Assembly: GCA_036339675.1 (NCBI GenBank)
Contig: JAYZAN010000078.1
Coordinates: forward strand, 1-40,559
Direction: 5' to 3'
Source of the DNA: Nitrospinota bacterium
GTDB lineage: Bacteria; Nitrospinota; Nitrospinia; Nitrospinales; VA-1
Length of the DNA: 40,559 bases
The first letter of the stretch is position 1; each line of letters opens with the position of its first letter. The translations under genes and the position numbers were made by a program. The notes under the pieces are model-generated. The model made no database searches, was not told the origin of the DNA, and saw only the letters and a program-made list of their open reading frames with translations. Positions 18,855 to 30,751 of the stretch are shown one piece after another.

Positions 18855-19250
18855 TTATACTCTTCGACGTTTTCTGGGCCTGCAACCGTTATGAGGAATA
18901 GGAGTTGTATCCCGAATCACCAGGATTTCCATGCCGGCGATTTGCAAGGAGCGGATAGCGGATTCTCTTCCCGACCCCGGTCCCTTAACATGAACCTCCA
19001 GTTTTTTCATCCCCATGTCCCTTGCTTTCTGCGCCGCTTTCTCCGCGGCCACCTGGGCAGCAAAAGGAGTGCTTTTCCGGGAACCCTTGAACCCCTGCGC
19101 CCCGGCACTCGACCAGGCAATCACATTACCGGACATATCGGTGATGGTCACGATGGTATTATTGAAGGTGGCCCGAACATGGGCCACACCCAATTCGGGG
19201 GCTATTTTCCCTTTCTTTTTACCCGGCTTTCCGGCTTTTCCTTTTTCCAT
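18855..19250 (-). CDS. rpsK: 30S ribosomal protein S11
   Basis: [23 protein letters not shown]. Confidence 0.99.
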   Translation of the reverse strand: MEKGKAGKPGKKKGKIAPELGVAHVRATFNNTIVTITDMSGNVIAWSSAGAQGFKGSRKSTPFAAQVAAEKAAQKARDMGMKKLEVHVKGPGSGRESAIRSLQIAGMEILVIRDTTPIPHNGCRPRKRRRV

Positions 19251-19266
19251 GAATTTTCCCCTTGAA

Positions 19267-19641
19267 TTAACCTTTTGAGGCCCTGGCCCCTACTGTCTTC
19301 TTCGGTCCCTTTCGCGTTCTGGCATTGGTATGGGTCCTCTGTCCGCGAACGGGCAAACCTTTGCGATGACGAAGCCCCCGGTAGGCCCCGATATCCATCA
19401 ATCTTTTAACATGCATATTCGTGGCCCGGCGAAGATCCCCTTCCACCTCGTATTCCTTCTCTATGATGGTACGAATCCGGGTGATTTCATCCTCGGTCAA
19501 ATCCTTGATACGGACCTCTTCAGAGATGTTCGCTTTTGTTAAAATTTCATGAGAGGTGGATTTCCCTAACCCGAAAATATAAGTCAGCGCAATAGCGGCC
19601 CTTTTATCTTTCGGGATATCTACTCCTGCGATTCTCGCCAC
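19267..19641 (-). CDS. rpsM: 30S ribosomal protein S13
   Basis: [26 protein letters not shown]; GTG start. Confidence 0.99.
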   Translation of the reverse strand: MARIAGVDIPKDKRAAIALTYIFGLGKSTSHEILTKANISEEVRIKDLTEDEITRIRTIIEKEYEVEGDLRRATNMHVKRLMDIGAYRGLRHRKGLPVRGQRTHTNARTRKGPKKTVGARASKG

Positions 19642-19662
19642 AAACCCTCCTCAAAAATGCCG

Positions 19663-19776
19663 TCAACCCTGGCGCTGTTTATGTTTCGGGTTTTCACAGA
19701 TGACCCGAACCACTCCCCGCCTGCGGATGACCTTACACTTATTACAAATTGGTTTAACTGAAGATCTGACTTTCAT
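19663..19776 (-). CDS. rpmJ: 50S ribosomal protein L36
   Basis: Not in ORF track; hand translation [37 protein letters not shown]. Confidence 0.98.
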   Translation of the reverse strand: MKVRSSVKPICNKCKVIRRRGVVRVICENPKHKQRQG

Positions 19777-19794
19777 TAATGGATTCCCAGTTTC

Positions 19795-20013
19795 TTATTT
19801 ATACCGATAGGTGATGCGACCCCGGGTTAAATCGTAAGGCGACAATTGCACCTTAACTTTATCGCCGGAGAGGATTCGGATAAAGTGCATCCTCATTTTT
19901 CCGGAAATATGGGCCAGGATCTTGTGACCGTTCTCGAGTTCCACCCGAAACATCGCGTTGGGGAGAGGCTCCAAGACCGTACCTTCAACCTCAATCGAAT
20001 TTTCCTTTGTCAT
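19795..20013 (-). CDS. infA: Translation initiation factor IF-1
   Basis: [30 protein letters not shown]. Confidence 0.99.
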   Translation of the reverse strand: MTKENSIEVEGTVLEPLPNAMFRVELENGHKILAHISGKMRMHFIRILSGDKVKVQLSPYDLTRGRITYRYK

Positions 20014-20014
20014 A

Positions 20015-20656
20015 TCAGGATACTAATGAACACACCCTCGAAAAAATTTCTTCTGCCGAACCACTGCCCTGTGCCGTTTTCAGGTTGCCCCTCTTCCGAT
20101 AAAATTCTTTTAGAGGTTCAGTCTCCTTTTTATACACTTCAAGCCGTTTAAGAATAGTCTTCTCATTGTCATCGGGCCGCTGATAGAGTTCACCGCCACA
20201 ACCATCACATTTACCCGCTTCTTTTGGAGGCCGGGACTTTTCATGATACATCGCCCCGCAACCTGCGCAGGTGCTACGCCCGGTCAACCGCCCGATAACT
20301 TCATCGGGTTCAACCACGATATCGATCACCGCATCGATATCGATTTGCATTGCGTTCAACGTTTCGCAAAGCATTTCCGCCTGAACTATCGTTCGCGGAA
20401 AACCGTCCAGGATGAAACCCTTCTGGCAATCCATTTCCCGGGTCCTTGCTTTGATCAGGCCGATCACAAGATCATCTGGCACCAGTTGCCCGGCATCCAT
20501 ATAAGTCTTTGCCTGTTTCCCAAGCTCGCTTTCTTCCTGCACCGCTTTTCGGAGAATATCTCCAGTCGAAATCTGGGGGATACCAAACTTCTCTTTAAGC
20601 ATTTTAGCCTGGGTACCTTTGCCCGCTCCTGGCGGACCTAAAAGGATTAACCTCAT
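20015..20656 (-). CDS. adk: Adenylate kinase (zinc-lid type)
   Basis: [26 protein letters not shown], CxxC...CxxC lid. Confidence 0.99.
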   Translation of the reverse strand: MRLILLGPPGAGKGTQAKMLKEKFGIPQISTGDILRKAVQEESELGKQAKTYMDAGQLVPDDLVIGLIKARTREMDCQKGFILDGFPRTIVQAEMLCETLNAMQIDIDAVIDIVVEPDEVIGRLTGRSTCAGCGAMYHEKSRPPKEAGKCDGCGGELYQRPDDNEKTILKRLEVYKKETEPLKEFYRKRGNLKTAQGSGSAEEIFSRVCSLVS

Positions 20657-20658
20657 TG

Positions 20659-21975
20659 TTAACCCCGGCGGCCTTTAAGTCTTCCCTTTTTCACAAACCC
20701 GTCGTAATTCCTCATAACCAGATGAGATTCTATTTGCTGCATGGTATCCAAAGAAACCCCGACCACAATCAAAAGGCTTGTTCCACCGAAATAAAACGGT
20801 ATGTTGAAATATTTTATCAGATAATCCGGCAAAATACAGACCAAAGAAAGATACACCGCCCCGTAAAAAGTGATCTTCGATAAAATATCGTCTATATACT
20901 CGGAGGTTTTAACGCCAGGCCTGATGCCCGGAACATAACCTCCATACTTCTTCATATTGTCCGCGACATCCACGGGATTAAAGATAACCGCCGTGTAAAA
21001 GTAACAAAAAAAGAATATCGCTCCAACAAAAATAAGACTGTAAACAATCGTCCCCGGAGTGAGAAGGCCGGACACGGTCTGCATCCAGGGATGCTGGATA
21101 AATTGGGCAATCGTCGCCGGAAACATAATTATGGAGGAGGCGAATATAGGAGGTATCACTCCGGAAGTATTCACTTTCAGAGGTAAATGCGTGCTCTGCC
21201 CTCCATACATTTTCCGCCCCACCACACGCTTGGCGTATTGGATGGGTATCCTTCTCTGCCCTCCTTCGGTAAAAACAATAGCCCCGACCACCCCTGCCAT
21301 CATGACTAGAAGCATCAGCATGACCAGAACCGACATTTCACCGGTTCCCATCAGATCCATCGACTGAAAAATGGCCGCGGGGGTTCCAGCCACAATCCCT
21401 GAAAAAATGATCAGGGAAATCCCGTTTCCGATCCCCCGCTCGGTGATCTGCTCCCCCAGCCACATGAGGAAAGCGGTCCCCGCGGTCAAGGTCAGTACGG
21501 TCATCACCCTGAAAGACCACCCGGGCTCCGGAACGATGAGAGTGCCCACCGGGCTTTTCATCGCTTCGAGTCCCACCGCGATACCGGAACCCTGGATCAT
21601 GCTCAGTACTATCGTTCCGTAGCGCGTGTACTGGGTTATTTTCTTTTGTCCCTGCTCACCCTCTTTTTTCAGTCGAGCGAGATAGGGAGAAACGATCGTC
21701 ATCAACTGGAGGATGATCGAGGAGCTGATGTAGGGCATGATGCCAAGGGCGAAAATCGTCAGCCTCTGAAGAGCACCCCCGGAAAACATATTGAAAAACC
21801 CCAATATTGTTCCCGCCGCCCTCTCGAAAATCTCGGCCAATGCCATCGAATCGATCCCCGGCGTCGGGATATGGGCCCCGATCCGGTAGACAACGAGAAT
21901 ACCCAGCGTAAAGAAAATTCGTTTTTTAAGCTCGGGGATTTTAAAAATGTTGCCAAAAGATTCAGCGCCACTCAT
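20659..21975 (-). CDS. secY: Preprotein translocase subunit SecY
   Basis: [31 protein letters not shown]. Confidence 0.99.
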   Translation of the reverse strand: MSGAESFGNIFKIPELKKRIFFTLGILVVYRIGAHIPTPGIDSMALAEIFERAAGTILGFFNMFSGGALQRLTIFALGIMPYISSSIILQLMTIVSPYLARLKKEGEQGQKKITQYTRYGTIVLSMIQGSGIAVGLEAMKSPVGTLIVPEPGWSFRVMTVLTLTAGTAFLMWLGEQITERGIGNGISLIIFSGIVAGTPAAIFQSMDLMGTGEMSVLVMLMLLVMMAGVVGAIVFTEGGQRRIPIQYAKRVVGRKMYGGQSTHLPLKVNTSGVIPPIFASSIIMFPATIAQFIQHPWMQTVSGLLTPGTIVYSLIFVGAIFFFCYFYTAVIFNPVDVADNMKKYGGYVPGIRPGVKTSEYIDDILSKITFYGAVYLSLVCILPDYLIKYFNIPFYFGGTSLLIVVGVSLDTMQQIESHLVMRNYDGFVKKGRLKGRRG

Positions 21976-22413
21976 TTATACGATTACGGCCTTTCCTCCA
22001 GATTTTTCAATTTTACTCAGAGCAGTGCGGCTGAATTTCTGCGCATGAACGGTCGCGGTTCCCGACCACTCTCCGTTCCCGAGTATTTTCACAAGGTCTA
22101 GTTTCCGGATCAGCCCCTCTGCCTTCATCACTTCCGGTGTGATAGGATCGGTCCCCGAAATTCTAGCAAGCTGGTCGAGGTTGACGATCTGGTAATATTT
22201 TTTAAAAATATTGGTAAACCCGCGTTTGGGCAGCCGTCTTTGAAGCGGCATCTGCCCACCTTCGAACCAAGGATGAGGGCTGCCTCCAGACCGGGACTTC
22301 TGGCCTTTGTGACCTTTCCCGCTGGTTTTGCCGGTTCCCGATCCGATCCCGCGTCCGATCCTTTTTCTGTTTTTCCGTATGCCGGGGGCTGGTTTTAAGT
22401 TCGATAATTTCAT
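21976..22413 (-). CDS. rplO: 50S ribosomal protein L15
   Basis: GRGIGSG.GKT.GKGHKGQ, FEGGQMPL. Confidence 0.99.
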   Translation of the reverse strand: MKLSNLKPAPGIRKNRKRIGRGIGSGTGKTSGKGHKGQKSRSGGSPHPWFEGGQMPLQRRLPKRGFTNIFKKYYQIVNLDQLARISGTDPITPEVMKAEGLIRKLDLVKILGNGEWSGTATVHAQKFSRTALSKIEKSGGKAVIV

Positions 22414-22426
22414 AATTTTAAAAAAA

Positions 22427-22924
22427 TTAGGATGCCTTGGTCACCGTTTTGCCGCGCATTTGCCCGAACTGTTTTGCATCGCGAAGATCCGTCAAGCCGT
22501 GAATGGTGGCTTTCACGACATTATGCGGGTTATTGGTCCGCAAACATTTACTCAATACATCTCTAACACCAACCGCTTCCAGGACCGCACGAACAGCCCC
22601 TCCTGCGATGAGCCCCGTCCCTCTCGAAGCCGGCCGCAACAGCACGCGCCCCGACCCGTAACAACCGATCACTTCATGCGGAATCGTCAGCCCGTCGAGA
22701 CAGACTTCAACCATATTTTTTTTAGCTTTTTCAACGCCTTTCCGAATGGATTCAGGAACTTCGTTTGCTTTACCCAGGCCCCAACCCACTTTCCCTTCGC
22801 GGTTGCCCACAACCACAAGGGCGCTGAAGCTGAATCGGCGTCCACCCTTGACCACCTTGGCCACACGGTTGATTTTGACCACCTTGTCGATAAACTCCTG
22901 CTTGCTATCTTTGGGTTCTTGCAA
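22427..22924 (-). CDS. rpsE: 30S ribosomal protein S5
   Basis: [16 protein letters not shown]; TTG start. Confidence 0.99.
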   Translation of the reverse strand: MQEPKDSKQEFIDKVVKINRVAKVVKGGRRFSFSALVVVGNREGKVGWGLGKANEVPESIRKGVEKAKKNMVEVCLDGLTIPHEVIGCYGSGRVLLRPASRGTGLIAGGAVRAVLEAVGVRDVLSKCLRTNNPHNVVKATIHGLTDLRDAKQFGQMRGKTVTKAS

Positions 22925-22986
22925 TGTTACCTCCGAAAGTTCCGAGGTTCCGTTTCAGTCCGGAACCGGGACCAGAATCTAAAAGA

Positions 22987-23355
22987 TTAAAATTTAATTC
23001 CCTTTTCTCTAACCGCGTCGGCCAGAGCTTTGACCCTTCCGGCAAAAACGAAACCGTTTCTGTCATAACAAACTTCCTGGATTCCCTTTTCAAGGGCTTT
23101 CTCTCCCAGCCGGGTTCCTATAAAAATCGCGGCTTTGATGTTTCCACCATTTTTCATTTGCTCTTTAAAGGTTTTAGTAACGGTGGAATCGGAAACCAGG
23201 GTTTGCCCGCCCTGGTCATCGATGATCTGGGCATAGATATGTTTTGCGCTCTTGAACACGGTCAAACGGGGACGGTTGCCCGGTCTTTGCTTCAACTTAC
23301 TTTTAACCCGTTTTTTCCGGTTGTCCCGAAGTCTTTTACGCGTGGCAGTTTTCAT
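22987..23355 (-). CDS. rplR: 50S ribosomal protein L18
   Basis: RPRL.V..S.KHIYAQIIDD, GRVKALAD. Confidence 0.98.
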   Translation of the reverse strand: MKTATRKRLRDNRKKRVKSKLKQRPGNRPRLTVFKSAKHIYAQIIDDQGGQTLVSDSTVTKTFKEQMKNGGNIKAAIFIGTRLGEKALEKGIQEVCYDRNGFVFAGRVKALADAVREKGIKF

Positions 23356-23360
23356 ATTTT

Positions 23361-23918
23361 TTATGCTCCCTTGGCCACCGCCGCCGCGGCTTTCCCGGCT
23401 TTTCGCCGAATCCGCTCATCCGAGTACATGACACCCTTGCCTTTATAAGGCTCGGGCAGGCGGAATTCCCTGATTTCAGCGGCGGCCTGCCCCACTTTCT
23501 GCTTGTCAATGCCCTTGATTTCTATGGTATTGGCTTTACTGTCCACTTCGAAACTGATTCCTTCGGGCGCCGGGTAAGTGATGGGATGGGAATACCCCAG
23601 GTTCAGAAATAGGTCCTTTCCTTTCAATTCCACCTTGTAACCCACTCCTACAATGTTCAGCTTTTTGGAAAAACCCGCCGTAACCCCTACAACCATGTTA
23701 TTGACCAAAGTCCGAGTCAACCCATGGAGCGACCGATCCAGTCTACCGTCCGTAGGGCGAACCACGCGAATTTCCCCGCCGTCGATTTCAACCTTCATGT
23801 TGGGATGAAAATCTCTCTGCAACTGGCCCTTGGGCCCTTTGACGCGAAACGAAACCCCATCCATTTTGCACTCGACCCCTGAGGGAATCTTTACCGGTAA
23901 TTTTCCAATTCTAGACAT
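23361..23918 (-). CDS. rplF: 50S ribosomal protein L6
   Basis: MSRIGK.P, PEPYKGKG. Confidence 0.99.
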   Translation of the reverse strand: MSRIGKLPVKIPSGVECKMDGVSFRVKGPKGQLQRDFHPNMKVEIDGGEIRVVRPTDGRLDRSLHGLTRTLVNNMVVGVTAGFSKKLNIVGVGYKVELKGKDLFLNLGYSHPITYPAPEGISFEVDSKANTIEIKGIDKQKVGQAAAEIREFRLPEPYKGKGVMYSDERIRRKAGKAAAAVAKGA

Positions 23919-23927
23919 AGCCGCTCT

Positions 23928-24323
23928 CTACCAGATGTGACCCAGCACTTCTCCACCGATTCCTTTTTCTCGACAACCGCGGTCGGTGAACACCCCAGAG
24001 GAAGTGGTGATGATGGCCATTCCCAAACCATTGAGAACTTTCGGAATTTCCCTGGCACTCACATAGTTCCTGCGTCCGGGCCGGCTGATTCTTTTTATAC
24101 CCCGGATGACCGGCTCCTCATTCAAATACTTCAGATGGATTCTCAAAACCCCCTGCTTATTGTCCTTAGCCACCCGGAAATCTTTAATAAAACCTTCTTC
24201 TTTCAGGATCTCGGCAATTCGGGACTTTATTTTTGAGTTAGGAATCTCCACAGAATTATGCCTCGCCATTAAACTGTTGCGAATCCGCGTAAAAAAATCG
24301 GCTATGGGATCGGTCATTGCCAT
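23928..24323 (-). CDS. rpsH: 30S ribosomal protein S8
   Basis: TDPIAD..TRIRN, ISRPG, GGEVL. Confidence 0.99.
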   Translation of the reverse strand: MAMTDPIADFFTRIRNSLMARHNSVEIPNSKIKSRIAEILKEEGFIKDFRVAKDNKQGVLRIHLKYLNEEPVIRGIKRISRPGRRNYVSAREIPKVLNGLGMAIITTSSGVFTDRGCREKGIGGEVLGHIW

Positions 24324-24362
24324 AATTCAATAATTCTCCTTACAAACAAATTCCAAAAACTC

Positions 24363-24548
24363 TTACCAACTCGCTTTGGTAACTCCGGGAATTTCTCCGC
24401 TCAAAGCTCTTTCCCGGAAACAGATCCGGCACATGCCGAATTTCCTGAGAAACGCCCTGGGACGACCGCATACCTTGCAGCGGTTATATTCACGAACCGC
24501 GAATCTCGGTTTTCTTTCGGCCTTGGCTACTAAAGATTTTTTAGCCAT
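24363..24548 (-). CDS. rpsN: 30S ribosomal protein S14 (61-aa zinc-binding type Z)
   Basis: RCKVCGRPR...CRICFRE, SW end. Confidence 0.98.
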   Translation of the reverse strand: MAKKSLVAKAERKPRFAVREYNRCKVCGRPRAFLRKFGMCRICFRERALSGEIPGVTKASW

Positions 24549-24599
24549 AAATTAATATCTTCTCCTCTAAACCCCTTGAATCCGATTCAAAAGTTTGTG

Positions 24600-25139
24600 C
24601 TAGTTCCTCAGAGGCAAACCCAGATGCCTCAACAGACACCGCGCCTGTTCATCGGTACGGGCGGTCGTACAAATAGTGATATTCATTCCCTTTATGTTTT
24701 CAATCTTGTCAAAATTGATTTCCGGGAAAATAAGCTGTTCTTTAAGTCCGATGGAGTAGTTGCCCCTGCCGTCGAATGCCTTCGGGGAAAGCCCCTTAAA
24801 GTCCCTCACCCTGGGAAGCGTGAAAGAAACAAGCCGTTCAAAGAATTCATACATCCTCTCCCCCCGTAAGGTAGCCTTGACGCCGATCGGAGATCCTTCT
24901 CTGAGCTTGAAGTTGGCGATGGACTTCTTGGCGCGTGTGACCACGGGCATCTGGCCGGTGATGACTTTCAATTGATCGACCCCCGATTCAATCAGTTTGG
25001 AATTCTGCAGGGCTTCTCCCAGCCCCATATTCACCACGATCTTTTCGAGCTTGGGGGTCTCCATCACGTTCTGCAAACCCAGCTCTTTATAAACCAGACC
25101 CTTCACCTTTTCGTTGTAGGCGATTTTCAGATTAGCCAT
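24600..25139 (-). CDS. rplE: 50S ribosomal protein L5
   Basis: KIVVNMG.G, LPRVRDF.G, FDGRGNY. Confidence 0.99.
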   Translation of the reverse strand: MANLKIAYNEKVKGLVYKELGLQNVMETPKLEKIVVNMGLGEALQNSKLIESGVDQLKVITGQMPVVTRAKKSIANFKLREGSPIGVKATLRGERMYEFFERLVSFTLPRVRDFKGLSPKAFDGRGNYSIGLKEQLIFPEINFDKIENIKGMNITICTTARTDEQARCLLRHLGLPLRN

Positions 25140-25140
25140 A

Positions 25141-25479
25141 TCAAACCTTATCCATCACTTCTTCACATTTCTGGCAAATGCGCACGCGTTTACCGTCTTC
25201 CAGCTTTTTCCTTTTAATCCGGACCCCTTTTCCGCATTTATCGCACCACAGCAAAACATTGGATATATGAATCGTGCCTTCTTTTTCCACGATACCGGCC
25301 TGGCGGGTTTTCCCGTCGCCCTTCAAGTGGCGTTTGACCATATTGAGTTTTTCAATTTTTACCCGCCACCGATCGGGGATGATGTCCAGCACCTTCCCTT
25401 TTTTCCCTTTTTCCTTACCCGAAACCACCTGGACAATATCGTCCTTTTTGAGATACACCTTGTAGGGACTGACCGACAT
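25141..25479 (-). CDS. rplX: 50S ribosomal protein L24
   Basis: [21 protein letters not shown]. Confidence 0.97.
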   Translation of the reverse strand: MSVSPYKVYLKKDDIVQVVSGKEKGKKGKVLDIIPDRWRVKIEKLNMVKRHLKGDGKTRQAGIVEKEGTIHISNVLLWCDKCGKGVRIKRKKLEDGKRVRICQKCEEVMDKV

Positions 25480-25847
25480 CACAGCACCTCCGGGGCGAGG
25501 GATAGAATTCTCATGAATCTCTTAGCCCTCAGTTCACGGGCGACCGGCCCAAAGATGCGGGTTCCAAGAGGTTCCTGGGTATCGCTGATCAGAACCGCAG
25601 CATTGTTGTCGAATTTAATGTAGCTCCCGTTTGAACGCCGGATTTCCTTTTTAGTGCGGACCACCACCGCCTTCTTGACCTCGCCTTTCTTGACGTTGCT
25701 ATGGGGCTCGGCCTCCTTAACCGCCACGACAATGATGTCACCGATCCTCGCATAACGGCGCCTGGAGCCGCCGAGCACCTTGATGCACTGCACGGTCTTT
25801 GCCCCGGAATTATCCGCAACTTCCAATACAGTTCTTAACTGGATCAC
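25479..25847 (-). CDS. rplN: 50S ribosomal protein L14
   Basis: GTG start at 25847 gives 122 aa; [27 protein letters not shown]. Confidence 0.98.
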   Translation of the reverse strand: MIQLRTVLEVADNSGAKTVQCIKVLGGSRRRYARIGDIIVVAVKEAEPHSNVKKGEVKKAVVVRTKKEIRRSNGSYIKFDNNAAVLISDTQEPLGTRIFGPVARELRAKRFMRILSLAPEVL

Positions 25848-26119
25848 TTCGCTTCCACCTGATCGGATATCGCCTTGGTGATGATCTCCCTCAGCCGCCA
25901 CCTTTTTTCCTTACTCAAAGGCCGCGTTTCACACAAGCTGATGAAATCACCCACTTGGCATTCATTTTTTTCATCATGGACCTTAAATTTATTGGTCCGT
26001 TTAACCACTTTTTTAAACTTTGGGTGTAGAAATTTCCGCTCCACCTCGACCACAATGGTTTTATCCATCTTGTTTTTCACCACTATCCCGGTCATTGTTT
26101 TTCTGGTAATTCTATTCAA
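25844..26119 (-). CDS. rpsQ: 30S ribosomal protein S17
   Basis: [18 protein letters not shown]. Confidence 0.98.
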   Translation of the reverse strand: MNRITRKTMTGIVVKNKMDKTIVVEVERKFLHPKFKKVVKRTNKFKVHDEKNECQVGDFISLCETRPLSKEKRWRLREIITKAISDQVEAK

Positions 26120-26155
26120 AAGTTTCTCCTGATAACCGCAATTTGTTCAGTTCAA

Positions 26156-26395
26156 TTATTTTTTGGCTTCTTTGGATTCACCGGAATCCTGCTTGGCCTC
26201 AACCTTACCGTCCCCGGCTTCATTCTGAATGGTCTTGATTCGCGCCACATCCCTGCGGAGAAAGTTCAAGCGGCCCGGATTCTCAATTTTTCCGGTGGCC
26301 AACTGGAACTTCAGGTTGAAGTACTCCTGCCGCAGATCGGTTATTTTTTCTTTTCTCTCCTTAGACGAGAGTTCTCTGATTTCTTGGGCTTTCAT
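26156..26395 (-). CDS. rpmC: 50S ribosomal protein L29
   Basis: MKA.EIR, FNLKFQ.ATG, RRDVARIKT. Confidence 0.97.
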   Translation of the reverse strand: MKAQEIRELSSKERKEKITDLRQEYFNLKFQLATGKIENPGRLNFLRRDVARIKTIQNEAGDGKVEAKQDSGESKEAKK

Positions 26396-26430
26396 AATCT
26401 CTTTATACCCGATCCATCAAAACAGTTTTA

Positions 26431-26841
26431 TTATTCCGCCTTGGCCACGAAACGCGTTTTCACCGACAGTTTATGCGCGGCCAGCCTGAACGCCTCCTTG
26501 GCAATGTGTTCCGGGATTCCTGCCATTTCATATAACATCCGTCCCGGTTTAACCACCGCCACCCAGTATTCCGGATTTCCCTTCCCTTTTCCCATCCGGG
26601 TCTCGGCGGGTTTCTTGGAAATCGGTTTATCGGGAAAAATGCGCAACCAGATTTTTCCTCCGCGCTTGACATACCGGGTCATCGCAATACGGGCGGCTTC
26701 AATCTGCCGGTCGGTGATCCGGCCGCATTCCAAGGCCTGCAAGCCATAGGAACCAAAATCCAGATTGCCGCCCCGGTAAGCGACACCTCTCATTCGGCCT
26801 TTATGGCGTTTTCGATACTTTACTTTTTTGGGCATCAACAT
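26431..26841 (-). CDS. rplP: 50S ribosomal protein L16
   Basis: [24 protein letters not shown]. Confidence 0.99.
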   Translation of the reverse strand: MLMPKKVKYRKRHKGRMRGVAYRGGNLDFGSYGLQALECGRITDRQIEAARIAMTRYVKRGGKIWLRIFPDKPISKKPAETRMGKGKGNPEYWVAVVKPGRMLYEMAGIPEHIAKEAFRLAAHKLSVKTRFVAKAE

Positions 26842-26891
26842 GGTGCAGTTTCTCCCAATTATCCTTTATCTATCTATCAGGCCTTCGCGGC

Positions 26892-27563
26892 TTAACTGTC
26901 TTCTGTTTCCGGGCCTCCAGCCGCTTCGCCTTTCTCCGGCAGAATATCCCCCTTGTACACCCAGACTTTGACCCCGATCACCCCGAATGTGGTGTTGGAG
27001 CGGGCCGTCCCGTAATCGATATCGGCCCTGAGTGTGTGCAGGGGAACCCTGCCTTCCCGGTACCATTCGCTACGGGCAATTTCCGCCCCACCTAGCCTGC
27101 CCGATACCCGGATCTTGATCCCCTTGGCGCCGAACCTCAAAGAAGAGGTGACACTCTTTTTCATCGCACGCCGGAATGAAATCCGTTTTTCAAGCTGCAG
27201 GGCGATATTCTGAGCGATAAGCGCCGAATCCAGTTCCGCCCGCCGGATCTCCTTAATATTCAAACTGACCTGCTTGGAGGAAATTACTTTTTGTAGTTCC
27301 TCCTTCAGCCTGTCTACTTCCAATCCCTTTTTCCCGATGATGATGCCGGGACGCGCGGTGTGGATGTTGATGCGGACACGGTTCGCCGACCGCTCGATCT
27401 CCACCTTGGAAATGCCCGCGTGAGACAACGACTTGTTGATATGGTTCCTCAACTTGATGTCTTCCAGCAACAAGTGGGGAAACTCATTCCGGGCATACCA
27501 GTTCGAAGTCCATGTTTTGTTGATTCCCAACCGAAACCCATAAGGATGAACTTTTTGACCCAC
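26892..27563 (-). CDS. rpsC: 30S ribosomal protein S3
   Basis: [25 protein letters not shown]; GTG start. Confidence 0.99.
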   Translation of the reverse strand: MGQKVHPYGFRLGINKTWTSNWYARNEFPHLLLEDIKLRNHINKSLSHAGISKVEIERSANRVRINIHTARPGIIIGKKGLEVDRLKEELQKVISSKQVSLNIKEIRRAELDSALIAQNIALQLEKRISFRRAMKKSVTSSLRFGAKGIKIRVSGRLGGAEIARSEWYREGRVPLHTLRADIDYGTARSNTTFGVIGVKVWVYKGDILPEKGEAAGGPETEDS

Positions 27564-27579
27564 GCGTATCCTCCAAAAA

Positions 27580-27915
27580 TTACTTTTCGTCTAACACTAA
27601 TGTTATATGGCTCGTCCGTTTGAGGATGGTATTGGCCGTACCGCGGGCCCGGGGCATGGTCCGTTTCCACGTCACCCCTCCGTCCACTCTGATTTGCTTG
27701 ACAAACAGGTCGTCCACATCCAGAACCTTGTGGTTCTCCTCCGCATTGGCCAAGGCCGATTTTAAAAGCTTCTGCAGGGTGTTCGCAGCCTTTTTGCGTG
27801 TGAACATCAGGATGTTCATGGCATCGTTGACGTTCTTCCCGCGGATCAGATCGGCCACCAACCTGGCTTTTCGCGGTGCCGTCCGGGTATGTCTCAAAAT
27901 TGCTCTAACTTCCAT
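27580..27915 (-). CDS. rplV: 50S ribosomal protein L22
   Basis: [26 protein letters not shown]. Confidence 0.99.
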   Translation of the reverse strand: MEVRAILRHTRTAPRKARLVADLIRGKNVNDAMNILMFTRKKAANTLQKLLKSALANAEENHKVLDVDDLFVKQIRVDGGVTWKRTMPRARGTANTILKRTSHITLVLDEK

Positions 27916-27938
27916 AATTGCATCAGCCCTACCAAAAT

Positions 27939-28220
27939 CTATTTCGTGATAGCCTTCTTGGTCTTTCCCCCATGAGCCCTGAACGTGCGTGTGGGAGAAA
28001 ACTCACCCAACTTGTGTCCCACCATATTCTCCGTGACGAATATGGGGATGAACTTCCTGCCGTTGTGAACGGCAAGCGTATGACCGACAAAGTCCGGTAT
28101 GATCGTCGACCGCCGCGACCAGGTTTTGACTATTTTCCGGTCGTTGTGCCGGTTCATGATTTCGATCTTGCCGGCCAGCGACTCGTCTACGAAGGGACCT
28201 TTTTTTAATGACCTTGCCAT
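27939..28220 (-). CDS. rpsS: 30S ribosomal protein S19
   Basis: [23 protein letters not shown]. Confidence 0.99.
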   Translation of the reverse strand: MARSLKKGPFVDESLAGKIEIMNRHNDRKIVKTWSRRSTIIPDFVGHTLAVHNGRKFIPIFVTENMVGHKLGEFSPTRTFRAHGGKTKKAITK

Positions 28221-28244
28221 AAAGAATTCTAATTCAAATAATGA

Positions 28245-29081
28245 TTATCTCGATTTTTTCGATTTCTTCCGGCTCAGGATGAACCTGGCTCCCTGTTTGC
28301 GTCTGCGGGTTTTCAGGCCCTTGGCGAATTGTCCCCAAGGACTGCACGGGTGGCGTCCGCCTGAGGACCGACCTTCGCCGCCCCCCATAGGATGATCCAC
28401 CGGATTCATGGCAACGGCACGGACCCTGGGACGCTTTCCCATCCACCGCACCCTTCCCGCTTTTCCTAAGGAAATATTCTCATGCTCCGTGTTGCCGACG
28501 GTGCCGATCGTAGCCCGGCATCCCCTTTCCACCAACCGCACCTCCCCGGAACCCAGCTTGATGGTGACATACTTACCCTCTTTCGCCATCAACTGGACCG
28601 AGGCCCCGGCGCTGCGCGCCAATTGCCCCCCTTTTCCTTTACGCAGTTCCACATTATGGATGAGGGTTCCCTCCGGAATCGATTCCAGGGGCAGGCAATT
28701 ACCGTTTTTGATCGCGGCACCGGTTCCGGACATCACCATTTCGCCCAATTTCAATCCGCTGGGCGAAAGGATGTATCGTTTTTCGCCATCCTTGTACACC
28801 AGAAGCGCAATATTCGCCGACCGGTTGGGATCGTACTCGATTCCTTCCACCCTGGCCTCAATACCATCTTTGATTCTTTTAAAATCGATCAACCGGTACT
28901 GCTTTCTGTGTCCCCCTCCCCGGCGCTTGGCGGTGATCCGCCCCCGGTTGTTCCGGCCGCCTTTCCGGCCCATGGACACCAGAAGACTTTTTTCCGGAGT
29001 CGTTTTGGTGACCTCGTCGAACCCGGATATCGTCTGGAATCTCACACCGGGGGATCGTGGACTTAACTTTCTAACGGGCAT
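28245..29081 (-). CDS. rplB: 50S ribosomal protein L2
   Basis: [31 protein letters not shown]. Confidence 0.99.
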   Translation of the reverse strand: MPVRKLSPRSPGVRFQTISGFDEVTKTTPEKSLLVSMGRKGGRNNRGRITAKRRGGGHRKQYRLIDFKRIKDGIEARVEGIEYDPNRSANIALLVYKDGEKRYILSPSGLKLGEMVMSGTGAAIKNGNCLPLESIPEGTLIHNVELRKGKGGQLARSAGASVQLMAKEGKYVTIKLGSGEVRLVERGCRATIGTVGNTEHENISLGKAGRVRWMGKRPRVRAVAMNPVDHPMGGGEGRSSGGRHPCSPWGQFAKGLKTRRRKQGARFILSRKKSKKSR

Positions 29082-29086
29082 TCCTA

Positions 29087-29377
29087 TTACGCTCCCTCAA
29101 ACATATCGATTTTGTCGCCTTCTTTCAATAAAAGCATGGCTTTTTTCCATCCCTTGGTCTGGCCGCGATGCGCTCCGAACCTGCGGAACTTTCCTTTTAC
29201 GCTGACCGTATTGATCGCGAGCACGGTCACGTTGAAAATTTTTTCAACCGCCTCTTTGATCTGGATCTTGTTGGCCTCCACCTTGACCCGAAACGACACC
29301 CAGTTGCCGTCCTGCGCCATCTGCGTGCTCTTTTCCGTGATCAGGGGTTTCTCGAGAATCTGGTATAAATGTTCCAT
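29087..29377 (-). CDS. rplW: 50S ribosomal protein L23
   Basis: PLITEKS, ANK.QIK.AVE.IF.V, WKKA. Confidence 0.98.
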   Translation of the reverse strand: MEHLYQILEKPLITEKSTQMAQDGNWVSFRVKVEANKIQIKEAVEKIFNVTVLAINTVSVKGKFRRFGAHRGQTKGWKKAMLLLKEGDKIDMFEGA

Positions 29378-30015
29378 CAGCTCAAGCGCTCCTCAATTTT
29401 CTTAAGGGCATCCTGCGTGCAAACGATTTTTTCGTGCATCAGAATATCGAAAACATTGAGCCCCTCAACCCGCAACACATTGGTTTGAGGAAGATTACGA
29501 ACCGCCAATTCCAGATTGGGGTTTTTATCCAATATCAAAAAAAGCGTCCTCTTCGGCAACCCAAAATCTTTAAGTAACTTCAACGCTTCCTTTGTTTTGG
29601 GTTCTCCCAGAGACAAATCGTCTAATACGGACAGATTTTGATTCTGTGTTCTTTCCGTGAGAACGGACCTCAAGGCGATCTTCTTATTTTTTTTTGACAT
29701 TTTAAAACTGAAATCCCTAGGAGTAGGACCGAACACGGTCATCCCGCCTCTCCAGATAGGAGAACGGGTATTCCCCGCACGTGCCCGTCCGGTTCCCTTT
29801 TGACGCCAGGGTTTTTTTCCGCTCCCGTGGAGGTCCCCCTTATTGCTCTTGGTTGATGCGGTACCACTGCGGCGACTTGCCAACTGCAGGGTCACATACT
29901 GCTGGACCAGATGCTCCTTGATTTTGACGTCAAACACGTCTGAGGAAACATCAACCGTTCCCACTTTTTTATTTTTCTGGTCTTTCAATTCGATTTTGGG
30001 CATCTGACTTGTCAT
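29377..30015 (-). CDS. rplD: 50S ribosomal protein L4
   Basis: KPWRQKGTGRARAG, FGP.PR. Confidence 0.98.
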   Translation of the reverse strand: MTSQMPKIELKDQKNKKVGTVDVSSDVFDVKIKEHLVQQYVTLQLASRRSGTASTKSNKGDLHGSGKKPWRQKGTGRARAGNTRSPIWRGGMTVFGPTPRDFSFKMSKKNKKIALRSVLTERTQNQNLSVLDDLSLGEPKTKEALKLLKDFGLPKRTLFLILDKNPNLELAVRNLPQTNVLRVEGLNVFDILMHEKIVCTQDALKKIEERLS

Positions 30016-30638
30016 TTTCCTGGTTTAATAATCCGAACCGCCCCCCCATTGGCTCCTGGAACGGCTCCCCGCAATAAAAGAATATTCTTTTCCTTGTCCA
30101 CCCGGACCACCCGTAGGTTTTTGATATGGATGGTTTCCTGACCCATATGCCCAGGCATTTCCTTGCCTTTGAATACGCGGCCCGGATAGGTGTGCATCCC
30201 GATCGACCCGCCGCCACGAAACGATTCATGCGTACCCCGCGAAGCCGGGGCTCCCGCAAACCCGAACCGCTTGACCACGCCCGCAAACCCCCGCCCCTTT
30301 GAAACGCCTATGACATTGACTGAATCCCCTTCCGCAAACATCTCCACGGTAAGCGGATTGCCCAACTCCTCGTCTTTGATTTCCTGGTCGCGGACTTCCG
30401 TTAGGATTCTTGCGGGTTCGATCTTGTGTTTACTGTAGAAACCCTGAAGAGGCCTGTTGGTGTGCTTGGCCTTTCGCTGTCCATAAGCGACCAAAACGGA
30501 ATTGTATCCGTCTTTTTCCTGAGTACGCCTGAGAACGGGTATACACCGGCCCACCTGGATCACGGTCACCGGGACACAATCCCCTTCCTTGGAAAAGACC
30601 TGAGTCATTCCAACTTTTTTTCCCAATAATGCCTGCAT
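30012..30638 (-). CDS. rplC: 50S ribosomal protein L3
   Basis: LGKKVGMTQ, SKGRGFAG, PGRVFKG..MPG.MG; ATG 30638 preferred. Confidence 0.98.
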   Translation of the reverse strand: MQALLGKKVGMTQVFSKEGDCVPVTVIQVGRCIPVLRRTQEKDGYNSVLVAYGQRKAKHTNRPLQGFYSKHKIEPARILTEVRDQEIKDEELGNPLTVEMFAEGDSVNVIGVSKGRGFAGVVKRFGFAGAPASRGTHESFRGGGSIGMHTYPGRVFKGKEMPGHMGQETIHIKNLRVVRVDKEKNILLLRGAVPGANGGAVRIIKPGK

Positions 30639-30751
30639 CACCAATTTCCACCGGGCACCCCCGGTCAAAGTCTTAAAGAGTTTGCTTTTAGCGTCGACGA
30701 CCCCTGATTAAAAATTCGATCCGTGTTTTCTTAAACGCCCGGTCCCTGCGA

